From: Spirochaetales bacterium
Lineage (GTDB): Bacteria > Spirochaetota > Spirochaetia > Sphaerochaetales > Sphaerochaetaceae
Assembly (NCBI GenBank): GCA_012838275.1
Contig: DUPO01000188.1
Span: forward strand, 7,623-71,622
Direction: 5' to 3'
DNA: 64,000 nucleotides
Shown: in pieces, positions 55,541 to 64,000 of the stretch
Layout of the letters: each line of letters begins with the position of its first letter
Numbering within the stretch: position 1 is the stretch's first letter
The notes under the pieces: model-generated
What the model saw: only the letters and a program-made list of their open reading frames with translations
Database searches by the model: none
What the model was told of the DNA's origin: nothing
Position numbers and translations under genes: made by a program

Positions 55541-57022
55541 CTAGGTGCTCTTTCCCCTGTAGAGATTGATATCAAGTTTGGAAAGCTTCTTCTCCAGGCT
55601 TGCTCTTCGTTTTTCAACCGAAGGGAGATCCTGGGGGTTCCAAAGTCGCTCCGCCATCACCGACAGGCGGGGGAAGAGCATGTACTCAGCCAGGCGCGAA
55701 CTGGTGACCTTCTCTGTCCAGAGGTTGCCCTGGCCCCCGAGAATCCTTGACCGCTTCTCTTTCTCCAAACTCTTTGGGATGGGGTTGAACTCGCTGGTCT
55801 TCTGTATTGTGGTGACTCCGATGTTCCCAGGCTCTTCAAAGGAATCAATGGATTTGTAGTCGAAATAACACCCTGCTGTATTGGGGCACATGATAACATC
55901 GTGACCCCTGTCACTTGCCTCGATACCGCCCTGGTCCCCTCTCCAGGACATGACTATCAAGGATGGGGGAAGGCCTCTCTTTTCAGTGCCTTCCAACACC
56001 TCGTCCCACCCTATAGGGCGTTTTCCCTCCTGTTCAACCATCTTGCAGATCTCGCTGGTCATCCAGCTCTGCAGTTGTTTGGCCGAGGCAAGGCCCTCCT
56101 TTTCCATCCGAGCCTTGCACTTGGGACAGCTCTCCCAGGCGGTATGGGGACATTCGTCACCGCCTATGTGAATGTATGGGTCTGTAAATAGTTTGGCAGT
56201 CTTTGCAATGGTCTTTTGCAAGAAGTGCAGCAAATCGTCATTGCCGGCACACATCACCTCATCAAAGATTCCCCAGCGGTCCTGCACCTCATAGGGGCCT
56301 TGCGTGCAACCGAATTCCGGATAGGCCGCTAACAGGGCTGAAGCGTGCCCCGGTGTCTCTATCTCTGGGACCACCATCATATGGCGCCGATGGGCAAACT
56401 GCTGGATTTCCAGAATATCCTCATCGCTGTAGATGCCGCCGTACTGCCTGCCATCGGTATAGTTCAGAAGAGTTCTCTTTGAAGCGATTGTTTCAAGCTT
56501 GTCAAACCCTTCGACTTTTATCCTCCACCCCTGGTCGTCTGTAAGATGCCAATGGAATCTGTTGAGATGATGCATTGATGCGACATCTATGAGTTTTTTT
56601 ATGAAGTCCACTGAGAAGAAATGACGGCTGGTGTCGAGCATGAACCCTCTCCAGGAGAAGGATGGCTCGTCTTCGATCATGCAACAGGGAATAATGTTGT
56701 CGTTGGCCAAAGCCATCTGTCTGACTGTCTGCAGGCCGCGGAATGCTCCCGAAGGTTCGCTCGCTTTGACCACTATCTGGGTTTTTCCAACCTTCAGGTG
56801 GTATGCGTCTTCCCCAAGGGAGTCTGTCCTCTTGAAAAGTATATCTTCTCCTCCGATAGTGCAGGACAACTGCTCGGTGGCCAGGTCGCCTACACCAGCG
56901 AATAGGGGATCAAAACTTACCGTGCGTCCGTTGTGGAGGCGAAAAGCACCTTCTTTCTCTTCCAAATGTCTGGGCAGCGGCATCAAGAGCTCACTGGCCG
57001 TAAGGGGTTTCGTTTTTTGCAT
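55541..57022 (-). CDS. Beta-N-acetylhexosaminidase (GH20)
   Basis: WRGFMLDTSRHF, HWHLTDDQGWR, HIGGDEC catalytic pair, GNLWTE. Confidence 0.95.
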   Translation of the reverse strand: MQKTKPLTASELLMPLPRHLEEKEGAFRLHNGRTVSFDPLFAGVGDLATEQLSCTIGGEDILFKRTDSLGEDAYHLKVGKTQIVVKASEPSGAFRGLQTVRQMALANDNIIPCCMIEDEPSFSWRGFMLDTSRHFFSVDFIKKLIDVASMHHLNRFHWHLTDDQGWRIKVEGFDKLETIASKRTLLNYTDGRQYGGIYSDEDILEIQQFAHRRHMMVVPEIETPGHASALLAAYPEFGCTQGPYEVQDRWGIFDEVMCAGNDDLLHFLQKTIAKTAKLFTDPYIHIGGDECPHTAWESCPKCKARMEKEGLASAKQLQSWMTSEICKMVEQEGKRPIGWDEVLEGTEKRGLPPSLIVMSWRGDQGGIEASDRGHDVIMCPNTAGCYFDYKSIDSFEEPGNIGVTTIQKTSEFNPIPKSLEKEKRSRILGGQGNLWTEKVTSSRLAEYMLFPRLSVMAERLWNPQDLPSVEKRRASLEKKLSKLDINLYRGKST

Positions 57023-57137
57023 GATATCTTCCTACCATGGGAACTGTTCGCTGTCAAGTACAACCGTTGAACAAACCTCTTTTGCGATACTCCCGACATA
57101 GTGTTTGTGTTGGAATGCAGGGTATGAAAACTTTTTG

Positions 57138-57190
57138 TTGACAGATGGATTTGTGAATGGTAATCTTAGTTTGTACAAAGAGCAAACAAA
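57138..57190 (+). promoter_or_regulatory. Sigma70 promoter plus ROK-type operator 1
   Basis: TTGACA-N17-TAATCT, then TTAGTTTG-TACAAAGAG-CAAACAAA (57166-57190). Confidence 0.75.
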
Positions 57191-57262
57191 CTGATCGTGC
57201 TGACAAAGAAGATATGTTCAGTCAGGATAGTAAGGAATTCCTCTTTTAGTATAGGGAAGGCC

Positions 57263-58468
57263 ATGAGAATAAACAACAATAACTTTCAGAAGAATGCAAA
57301 TACCTCCTTGGTTGCCCAATTGATTTGGAAAAGTCCTGGGATCAGCCGGGTGGATATTGCCCGTGAGCTGAGCTTGTATCGCTCGACTGTCACCAATATC
57401 ATTTCCGCCCTGATAGATAATGACGTGGTCTATGAAGGGGAGGAGGGCAGCGGAGTGAGCAGGGGAGGGCGTAAGCCCATCATCCTCAGGCTCAACGAAA
57501 AATTCGGCTGCGTAGTCGGTTTCGACATTCAGCCTTCACACTTTCGGGCGGTGGTGCTGGACATAAGCGGCTCCCTGCTCTATCAGGAAAAGGGCCCCCT
57601 TCCCAAAATTGGTTTTGAAGGGATCCTTGTCTACCTTATGGATGTTGTCCTTAAAGGTGTGGAAAAGATTGGGTTGCCCCTGCTTGCAGCTTGTGTCGGT
57701 ATCCCGGGTATCGTAAATTCTGACAAGGGCGTGATCGTATATGCCGAGCCGTTCAATCTGCATAATTTTGATATCCATTCCTTTTTCGCCGAGCGGTACT
57801 CCGTACCCCTGTTTGTAGAGAACGATGCCAACTGCACGGCCTGGCTGGATATGACAATCAACCGTACTATCAAGCTTGGGGACTTCTTGTGTTTGCTTGC
57901 AGACTACCATGAAGGTAACTATCAGTTTGGTGACCGGTCGGGCATTGGTGTGGGGATCGGTCTTTCCATAGGAGGGAAGGTCTACCGGGGCTCGCATTAT
58001 AGTGCCGGAGAGTTCTGCTCCCTGACCTGGAGAGGACAGAGCGTAGGCCAGACAGGCCTGGATGAGGATCTGCTCATTCGCTCAGCCACTGATGAGGAGG
58101 CGTGGAGGGTCTGGATGATAGACCTGTTTTCCTCCCTTGTCCCAGTGGTTTCAGTCCTTGACCCGAGAGTTGTGTTTATTCATGGCAAGCCTTTCAGCGA
58201 TCAGAAGAAGATAACTGCACTGCTGGAGGAGGATTGCCCTCAATTTTTGGCTATCTTGAAAAAAATCAATTGTAAGCTGGTCTTTGATGCTGAAGATGAG
58301 TCGGTGGTCGCAAAAGGGGCCGCAATGATGTACTTGCAGAAGCTTTTTGCAGTTCCGGAGTTATCAGAAATGGAAAGTAGGGCTCACTTTACCTGGGATG
58401 ATGTGATCGACCAGGCTAATCGCAAGAGGATTTACAAGAAGTACCCAATGGGGGGAAGTGATGAGTAA
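57263..58468 (+). CDS. ROK-family transcriptional repressor
   Basis: N-terminal HTH ISRVDIARELSLYRSTVT, GGRKP, ENDANC, GIGVGIG, AGEF. Confidence 0.9.
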   Translation: MRINNNNFQKNANTSLVAQLIWKSPGISRVDIARELSLYRSTVTNIISALIDNDVVYEGEEGSGVSRGGRKPIILRLNEKFGCVVGFDIQPSHFRAVVLDISGSLLYQEKGPLPKIGFEGILVYLMDVVLKGVEKIGLPLLAACVGIPGIVNSDKGVIVYAEPFNLHNFDIHSFFAERYSVPLFVENDANCTAWLDMTINRTIKLGDFLCLLADYHEGNYQFGDRSGIGVGIGLSIGGKVYRGSHYSAGEFCSLTWRGQSVGQTGLDEDLLIRSATDEEAWRVWMIDLFSSLVPVVSVLDPRVVFIHGKPFSDQKKITALLEEDCPQFLAILKKINCKLVFDAEDESVVAKGAAMMYLQKLFAVPELSEMESRAHFTWDDVIDQANRKRIYKKYPMGGSDE

Positions 58469-59384
58469 GGTCCTGTCTGGGAAAGATGCCCTTTCATCCG
58501 CACGTAAGGAACAGAAACGGTCGTATTGGATGTTGGTTCTGCCGGCTGTAGTGATCTACTTGTCTGTCATGGCCTTTCCTACAGTATTTTCCATCGTGCT
58601 CAGCATGACCAGCTACAATGGTGGAAAAATATTCGGAGGACGGATTCCTGTGGAGTTCGTCGGGTTCAAATGGTACAAGAGGCTCTTTGTCGATGAGTAT
58701 TTCTATCTGGCCTTGAAGAACAACATGTGGATAGTCCTTGTTTCGGTGTTGGGCCAGATACCTCTTGGATTTTTCCTAGCCTATGTGCTTTACAGGGGAC
58801 TGGTGAAACTGACCGATTTTTTCCAGACCATGATCTACCTGCCCTGTGTCATTTCCACTGTAGTGATCGGTATCCTTTGGAAGTCCTTTTTCTCTCCCCA
58901 TGGTGCCTTTCCTGAAATAGTGAGGTTGTTCAAGCCCTCCTATGAGTATGGGGTGTCGAATCATCCGATCCTGCCGGTCCTGTTTGTCATCCTATGGATG
59001 TATACAGGAACGTATCTGATAATCTTTATGGCAAACCTCCAGAAGATAGACAGTGCTGTCATAGAGGCTGCCCGTATCGACGGAGCCAGCGAGGGGCAAT
59101 CCTTGCGATATATCATCCTGCCGGCCCTTTCCGGAGTGATAGTCACCAGTTGCATCCTGGCTATCAGCGGATCCCTGAAGAGTTTTGACCTGATATACGT
59201 AATGACAGGCGGAGGGCCTGCAAACCAGACCAGTGTACTCTCCGTATATATGTTTGACAAGGCTTTCAAGGGGGCTCCGAACTACCCGCTGGCCAATGCC
59301 ATCAGCACCGTGATGGTCACCATAAGTTTCATCCTCATCGGTCTGACCAAGTGGGCTGAGAGCAAGTTTGGGGGGAGGGAGTGA
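58461..59384 (+). CDS. Carbohydrate ABC transporter permease 1
   Basis: EAARIDGAS motif, six TM. Confidence 0.9.
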   Translation: MSKVLSGKDALSSARKEQKRSYWMLVLPAVVIYLSVMAFPTVFSIVLSMTSYNGGKIFGGRIPVEFVGFKWYKRLFVDEYFYLALKNNMWIVLVSVLGQIPLGFFLAYVLYRGLVKLTDFFQTMIYLPCVISTVVIGILWKSFFSPHGAFPEIVRLFKPSYEYGVSNHPILPVLFVILWMYTGTYLIIFMANLQKIDSAVIEAARIDGASEGQSLRYIILPALSGVIVTSCILAISGSLKSFDLIYVMTGGGPANQTSVLSVYMFDKAFKGAPNYPLANAISTVMVTISFILIGLTKWAESKFGGRE

Positions 59385-59385
59385 T

Positions 59386-60237
59386 ATGGCTGACATCAAG
59401 GATACGAAAAGTGCAAGAGCTAAGGTAAACAAGGCTTTGACGTATGCTGTTATGTTCTTCTTTACATTCATGGCAATCTATCCCCTGTTCTGGCTGCTGA
59501 TGAACTCCTTCAAGACAACCACTGAGTTTCAGCTTAACAAACTTGGGTTTCCCCAGCACTGGACTCTGATCAACTACAAGGACGCCTGGGTGCGTGGCAA
59601 ATTTCCCCACCTTATCCTTAACAGCATGGTCTATACCGGTGTGACGACCGTGGTGACCCTGGGCTTGTCGTTCATGGCAGGTTTCGGATTTGCCAAGATA
59701 CCCCATAAGGCGACAAAAATCCTGCACGGTTCATTCATCATAGGCTTGTTGCTTACCCTTCAGTCGATCATGGTCCCTCTCTTTTTGCTGATCAACTGGA
59801 CAGGACTCTACAACACGCGCTTAGGTGTCCTGATACCCTATATAGGCATTGCGATGCCGATGGGGATCTACCTTGGGACGGATTACATAAAGAGCATACC
59901 CAATGCACTCATAGAGTCGGCCAGATTGGACGGAGCTACATACTTTAGGATCTTTCGTTCGATCATCGTGCCCATGGCGCTCCCTGTGGGGGTAACCCTT
60001 GCCATACTTACAGTGACCGGGACTTGGAATGAGTTCATGCTCATCAATATCCTGACGAGTAGTGATGCTCTGAAGAGTCTTCCTGTGGGAGTCCAGAAGT
60101 TTGCAGGAGCGCTTTCCAGTGACTTTGGAAAACAGTTTGCCGCTCTTGTAATTGGACTTATCCCTATGCTGGCATTCTATTTAGGGTTCAGGAAAGAGAT
60201 TACCAAGGGTGTGGCAGCTGGCGCAGTAAAAGGGTAA
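59386..60237 (+). CDS. Carbohydrate ABC transporter permease 2
   Basis: ESARLDGAT motif, WNEF. Confidence 0.9.
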   Translation: MADIKDTKSARAKVNKALTYAVMFFFTFMAIYPLFWLLMNSFKTTTEFQLNKLGFPQHWTLINYKDAWVRGKFPHLILNSMVYTGVTTVVTLGLSFMAGFGFAKIPHKATKILHGSFIIGLLLTLQSIMVPLFLLINWTGLYNTRLGVLIPYIGIAMPMGIYLGTDYIKSIPNALIESARLDGATYFRIFRSIIVPMALPVGVTLAILTVTGTWNEFMLINILTSSDALKSLPVGVQKFAGALSSDFGKQFAALVIGLIPMLAFYLGFRKEITKGVAAGAVKG

Positions 60238-60281
60238 TTCATTCAGGTTTTCTATTCCTGTCAATTCCTTTGCAAAAAAGT

Positions 60282-60334
60282 TTGACAGGTAGTAATCACC
60301 GTGTTACTATTAGTTTGTACAAAGTATGAACTAA
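60282..60334 (+). promoter_or_regulatory. Sigma70 promoter plus ROK-type operator 2
   Basis: TTGACA-N17-TACTAT, then TTAGTTTG-TACAAAGTA-TGAACTAA (60310-60334). Confidence 0.75.
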
Positions 60335-60426
60335 TGAATTTTGGAAGTTTCTCCTGCTCCGATAGGGGAGAACGATGCAGGAAGTGATGCTTTCACAAGG
60401 TTACAAAGAGTCATTAGGAGGTAACA

Positions 60427-61785
60427 ATGACTGGTATGAAGAAAATTTCAATTTTGGCCCTAGCTCTGCTTTTGGTCGTCTCGACGGCCTTTGCTCAAGG
60501 GACCAAAGAGGACTCGGCTGCCGCTGGGCAGGTAGAATTGACTGTTCTGAACTATATCGACATGTCAGAACCGAACAGTGCAAATGAAGTTGCAATGATC
60601 TGGGATAAGTTCAGTGCAGAAAACCCTGATATCAAGGTTGTTCGCGAAGACCTGTTCAACGAACCCTTCCACCAGAAGACAGAAGCCTACGTTGCTAGCG
60701 GACAGCTTCCTGATGTCCTCTACATGTGGCCAAGTGGCCGTTCTACCAGCCTCCATACAACCGGTAGCGTAAAAGACCTCATGCCGTTCCTGGAAAAGGA
60801 TGGTCTGGTCGATTCTTACAACCCCGCCACCTTGGCTCCACAGTATGCCGGGTATCTTGGTGAGCTTCCCAATGGCATCACCACTACCCACATGCTCTAT
60901 GTAAACAAGAAGGTCCTGAGGGAAAATGGCCTGGAAATGCCCAAATCCTATGCTGCCATGAAGGCTATGGTCAAACCTTTGAAAGCAAAGGGTATCGATC
61001 TGATCGCCATGGACAACATGGATGCTTGGGTCATGCAGAGCTGCCTTTTCTCAATGGTCGTAGGCCGCTACGGTGGCGTCGACTGGTTTGAAAGAGTTGA
61101 AAATAAAGAGGCTTCCTTCACCGATTCATGGTTTTTGGATTCCCTCAAGCTTATCGATGACATGTATGCATCCGAAATGATCAAGCGCAACAGCCTGACA
61201 AGCCCTTACGGTTCCAGCCGTGGTCGCTTCGCTGCAGGTAAGGCGGCCTTCTACATCGACGGTGACTGGTCGGCAGGTGCTTTCCAGACTGATATCACCA
61301 CCGGTCAGGCGCTGATCAGCAAAGAGGCTCAGGCCAATGACTTTGAGATGATTGTCATGCCTGCTCTTCCAGGCGAAGTCATAAGCAACTCCAATAGTGG
61401 TGTCATCGGTACCGGTTTCGGTATGAGTGCCAATCTCCCCAGTGGCTCTGCCAAAGAAGAAGCTGCTTGGCGTCTGATCAAGTTCTTGCAGGGTGAGTAT
61501 GTGCAGACCTACCGCCTTACCACTGGTGCTTCCTTCCCCTCAAATCTCAATGTTGATGTGGATAAGGTTGTTAAAGAAGCCAACCTTGAGCCGTTCGTAG
61601 CCAAGAGGGCTGCCTACTATGCAAACTACAATACGATTACACCGGTTGTCGACGGTGTGCTTCCCGCTGATGTCAATAACGTAGTCAATACTGGTCTGCA
61701 GGAAATTGGTCTTGGAAAGAAGACTCCTGTCCAGGTTGCTCAAGCCGTTCAGAAGGCTTGGAATGAATGGGAATCCAACAAATAA
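60427..61785 (+). CDS. Carbohydrate ABC substrate-binding protein
   Basis: Signal peptide AFAQGTKE, GQLPDV, GKAAFYIDGDW, AAWRLIKFL. Confidence 0.9.
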   Translation: MTGMKKISILALALLLVVSTAFAQGTKEDSAAAGQVELTVLNYIDMSEPNSANEVAMIWDKFSAENPDIKVVREDLFNEPFHQKTEAYVASGQLPDVLYMWPSGRSTSLHTTGSVKDLMPFLEKDGLVDSYNPATLAPQYAGYLGELPNGITTTHMLYVNKKVLRENGLEMPKSYAAMKAMVKPLKAKGIDLIAMDNMDAWVMQSCLFSMVVGRYGGVDWFERVENKEASFTDSWFLDSLKLIDDMYASEMIKRNSLTSPYGSSRGRFAAGKAAFYIDGDWSAGAFQTDITTGQALISKEAQANDFEMIVMPALPGEVISNSNSGVIGTGFGMSANLPSGSAKEEAAWRLIKFLQGEYVQTYRLTTGASFPSNLNVDVDKVVKEANLEPFVAKRAAYYANYNTITPVVDGVLPADVNNVVNTGLQEIGLGKKTPVQVAQAVQKAWNEWESNK

Positions 61786-61807
61786 GCATCTGTTTTGTTT
61801 AATGTAC

Positions 61808-61835
61808 CAAGAGGGACCAGCGATGGTCCCTCTTG
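61808..61835. terminator. Bidirectional terminator hairpin
   Basis: Perfect 12-bp stem CAAGAGGGACCA-GCGA-TGGTCCCTCTTG between convergent genes. Confidence 0.75.
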
Positions 61836-61960
61836 TGCCTGACAGGTAAAGGGTGACAAGGATGTATGGTGGAAGCATGGGCTTGCTGGTACATGAAACA
61901 TGCTTTGCTTCCAATATGACTGCCGAAGGCGCAGAGCCCGGCACCTCCTGCAAATGTACT

Positions 61961-64000
61961 CTATAGAACTCTTTGTTGCCTGCTGTTCCCATAGAGGTCG
62001 AAAACCTTGAGGTTCTCCTTGAACTCCTTGAGGCTGATTTTCTCCCGGGTCTTGAATATGACCATCTTTTGGGCAGTAGGCCTCACGCAGAAGAGATTGT
62101 CACTGAAGGTCCCCTTGAGCTTGCCTGCATCCAGTGCGACCTGGAAGGCAGGGGCCTTGCTGCTTACAGTGACGGCGAACCCTCCCTGTGCCTTCTCAAC
62201 TTTCAAGTTGAGAGTAGGATCCTGCATGGCGCATCTTTTCGGGCGGTCTAGCAGCATGACGTCCTCGATATAGAGCTCGTCCGTCTCCAGCTTGATGGAG
62301 AGGAACATCTGCTTGGCTTCGATGTTGTTCTTATCAAGTTCAATGGTACAGACATGTGTGCTGCTCTGCCCTGGGATATTCAGGACATATTTCTTTTTTG
62401 AGATCTTTTCACCGTTGAAACGGTAGGTCTTTACTGAAACCTTCATCTCGGGAAGTGCTTCGACCTTATCATGGACTACATAAACTTCAACCTTACCTTG
62501 TTCCTTCATGTAGGCAATGGGCAGGGTAGGGGCAAAGAACTGTTTCGCGCTGTAGTGCAGCAGTTTCCACTTGCCGGTGTAGTCGATGGAGGACCAGGAA
62601 GCGACCGGCCAGTTGTCGTTCAGCTGCCAGTAGAGGGCGCCCATACAGTGGGGGCGCAACGTTCTCCAGTATTCGATGGCACTCTTCATTGCCATCGCCT
62701 GCTGGACCTGTGAAAGGTAGAGCATCTGTTCAAAGCCATGGGGGAAGCGGAAGTAGCGGGTGAAATTCTCGATGATAATTGAATTGCCCCGTTCATTTTT
62801 CTGATGGTGCTCCATGATCTCACTGGTAAGGTTGTGCTCCGATACTGGGGCGTACTCCTCTACTGTCGAGAGGGAAGGAAAACTCTGGTAACCGAATTCA
62901 CTGACAAATCGGGGTTTGATGGAGTAATACTCCTCAAACGGTTTGCCCTCATGCCAGACCGACCAGAAGTGCATATCCCCCTTGTTGTCATTGTGCCAGT
63001 TGTCCGAATAGTCCCCGGGTCCTGCAGAGGGGCTCGATGGCCACCACTGTCTTGTGGGGTCAAGCTCTTGGATCACTCGGCCCACAGTTCCCTCATTTAG
63101 CCGATCGTAGTCGATGACATACCGCCAGGGATTGTTCTTTGACTCCTCATACCAGCCTATCGCTCCCAGGTCCTCATTGTTCCCGCACCACAGGGCTATG
63201 CTGGCATGGTCGCGCAAACGGGGTATCTGGTAACGAAGCTCAGACTCGACATTGGCAAGAAATTCCGGATGAGAGGGATACATGGAGCAGCTGAACATGC
63301 AGTCCTGCCAGATGAGCAACCCTTTTTCATCACAAAGGTCATAAAAGCAATCCTTCTCATAGAGTCCGCCGCCCCAGACGCGGAGCATGTTCATGTTGGC
63401 ATCGACGCAAGACTGCAACAGATGTTCGTAGCGATCCTCCGTCAGACGGGAGAACAGGGCGTCGGCAGGTATCCAGTTGGCTCCCTTGGCAAAGATATCC
63501 CTTCCATTTACCGAGAAAGTCATGCTCTTGCCCTGCTTGTCCTCATCCTCGTCTCTCTTCACTTCTATGGTCCTGAAGCCTATGCGTTTTGTAAGCTCCT
63601 GCTCTCCGATGACTATATCCAGCGTATAGAGTGCTTGCTTGCCTTCACCAGCCGGCCACCAAAGCTCCACATCTTTGCACAGCAGTGTATAGGTAAGCTT
63701 GTTAAGTCCCCTTTTCAGTTCGACGTCGCCCTTCTGGCGGGCCTTTCCAAGGGTAGCCGCACTAGGGAGCTTCTGGTCTTTAGAGGAGTTGTAGATCACG
63801 CTGATCCTGGCCTCCCACACCCCTTCTTCAAGTTGTTTCGTATCAGTTACGACAGACTCGATGATGCCTTCGTCGATGAACTGGAAATCTATCGGTTCAT
63901 ACACCCCGAAGCTCATGATGCAGGGTCCCCAGTCCCATCCGCTGTGACACTGGGTCTTGCGTATCAGGTTGCGGTGTTTTGCTGAGACCGGATAGATGGA
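61961..64000 (-). CDS. Beta-mannosidase (GH2), 5' truncated by window edge
   Basis: Frame continues to the edge (RKTQCHSGWDWGP). KGANWIP, NMLRVWGGG, WCGNNE, RFVSEFGYQS. Confidence 0.92.
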   Translation of the reverse strand, partial: SIYPVSAKHRNLIRKTQCHSGWDWGPCIMSFGVYEPIDFQFIDEGIIESVVTDTKQLEEGVWEARISVIYNSSKDQKLPSAATLGKARQKGDVELKRGLNKLTYTLLCKDVELWWPAGEGKQALYTLDIVIGEQELTKRIGFRTIEVKRDEDEDKQGKSMTFSVNGRDIFAKGANWIPADALFSRLTEDRYEHLLQSCVDANMNMLRVWGGGLYEKDCFYDLCDEKGLLIWQDCMFSCSMYPSHPEFLANVESELRYQIPRLRDHASIALWCGNNEDLGAIGWYEESKNNPWRYVIDYDRLNEGTVGRVIQELDPTRQWWPSSPSAGPGDYSDNWHNDNKGDMHFWSVWHEGKPFEEYYSIKPRFVSEFGYQSFPSLSTVEEYAPVSEHNLTSEIMEHHQKNERGNSIIIENFTRYFRFPHGFEQMLYLSQVQQAMAMKSAIEYWRTLRPHCMGALYWQLNDNWPVASWSSIDYTGKWKLLHYSAKQFFAPTLPIAYMKEQGKVEVYVVHDKVEALPEMKVSVKTYRFNGEKISKKKYVLNIPGQSSTHVCTIELDKNNIEAKQMFLSIKLETDELYIEDVMLLDRPKRCAMQDPTLNLKVEKAQGGFAVTVSSKAPAFQVALDAGKLKGTFSDNLFCVRPTAQKMVIFKTREKISLKEFKENLKVFDLYGNSRQQRVL

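Noticed and set aside
1-64000. CRISPR arrays, IS/transposases, integrases, prophage, tRNA/rRNA
   Set aside because: No regularly spaced repeats, terminal inverted repeats with transposase ORFs, or tRNA/rRNA signatures seen on manual reading.

Overview
About 52% GC anaerobic bacterial chromosome segment. It is most consistent with a Sphaerochaeta-like spirochaete, inferred from the murC-yicC-cmk-rpoZ-miaA gene order and Cys-less FAQGxxE-type solute-binding protein leaders. Contents in order: (1) the tail of an anaerobic purine/urate catabolism locus (ygeY, 8-oxoguanine-deaminase-like amidohydrolase, ygfM, xdhD, ygeW) plus an NCS2 purine permease and adenine deaminase; (2) a FecCD-type ABC transporter; (3) housekeeping and cell-envelope genes; (4) a divergent signalling module made of a 7TM-GAF-PAS histidine kinase fused C-terminally to a FeeM/LuxI-like GNAT acyltransferase domain, an ICMT/PEMT-like membrane protein and a REC-HD-GYP regulator; (5) a LysR regulator divergent from a sulfite/nitrite-reductase-like gene and a second FecCD-type ABC transporter; (6) a ROK-regulated GH20/GH2/sugar-ABC locus. 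I saw no rRNA, tRNA, CRISPR array, transposase or phage gene. The best candidate for an undescribed system is the kinase-acyltransferase / methyltransferase-like / HD-GYP module at 43635-48376. The next is a structured ~490-nt leader at 846-1349 in the purine locus. All family calls come from motif recognition by eye; no database searches were run.
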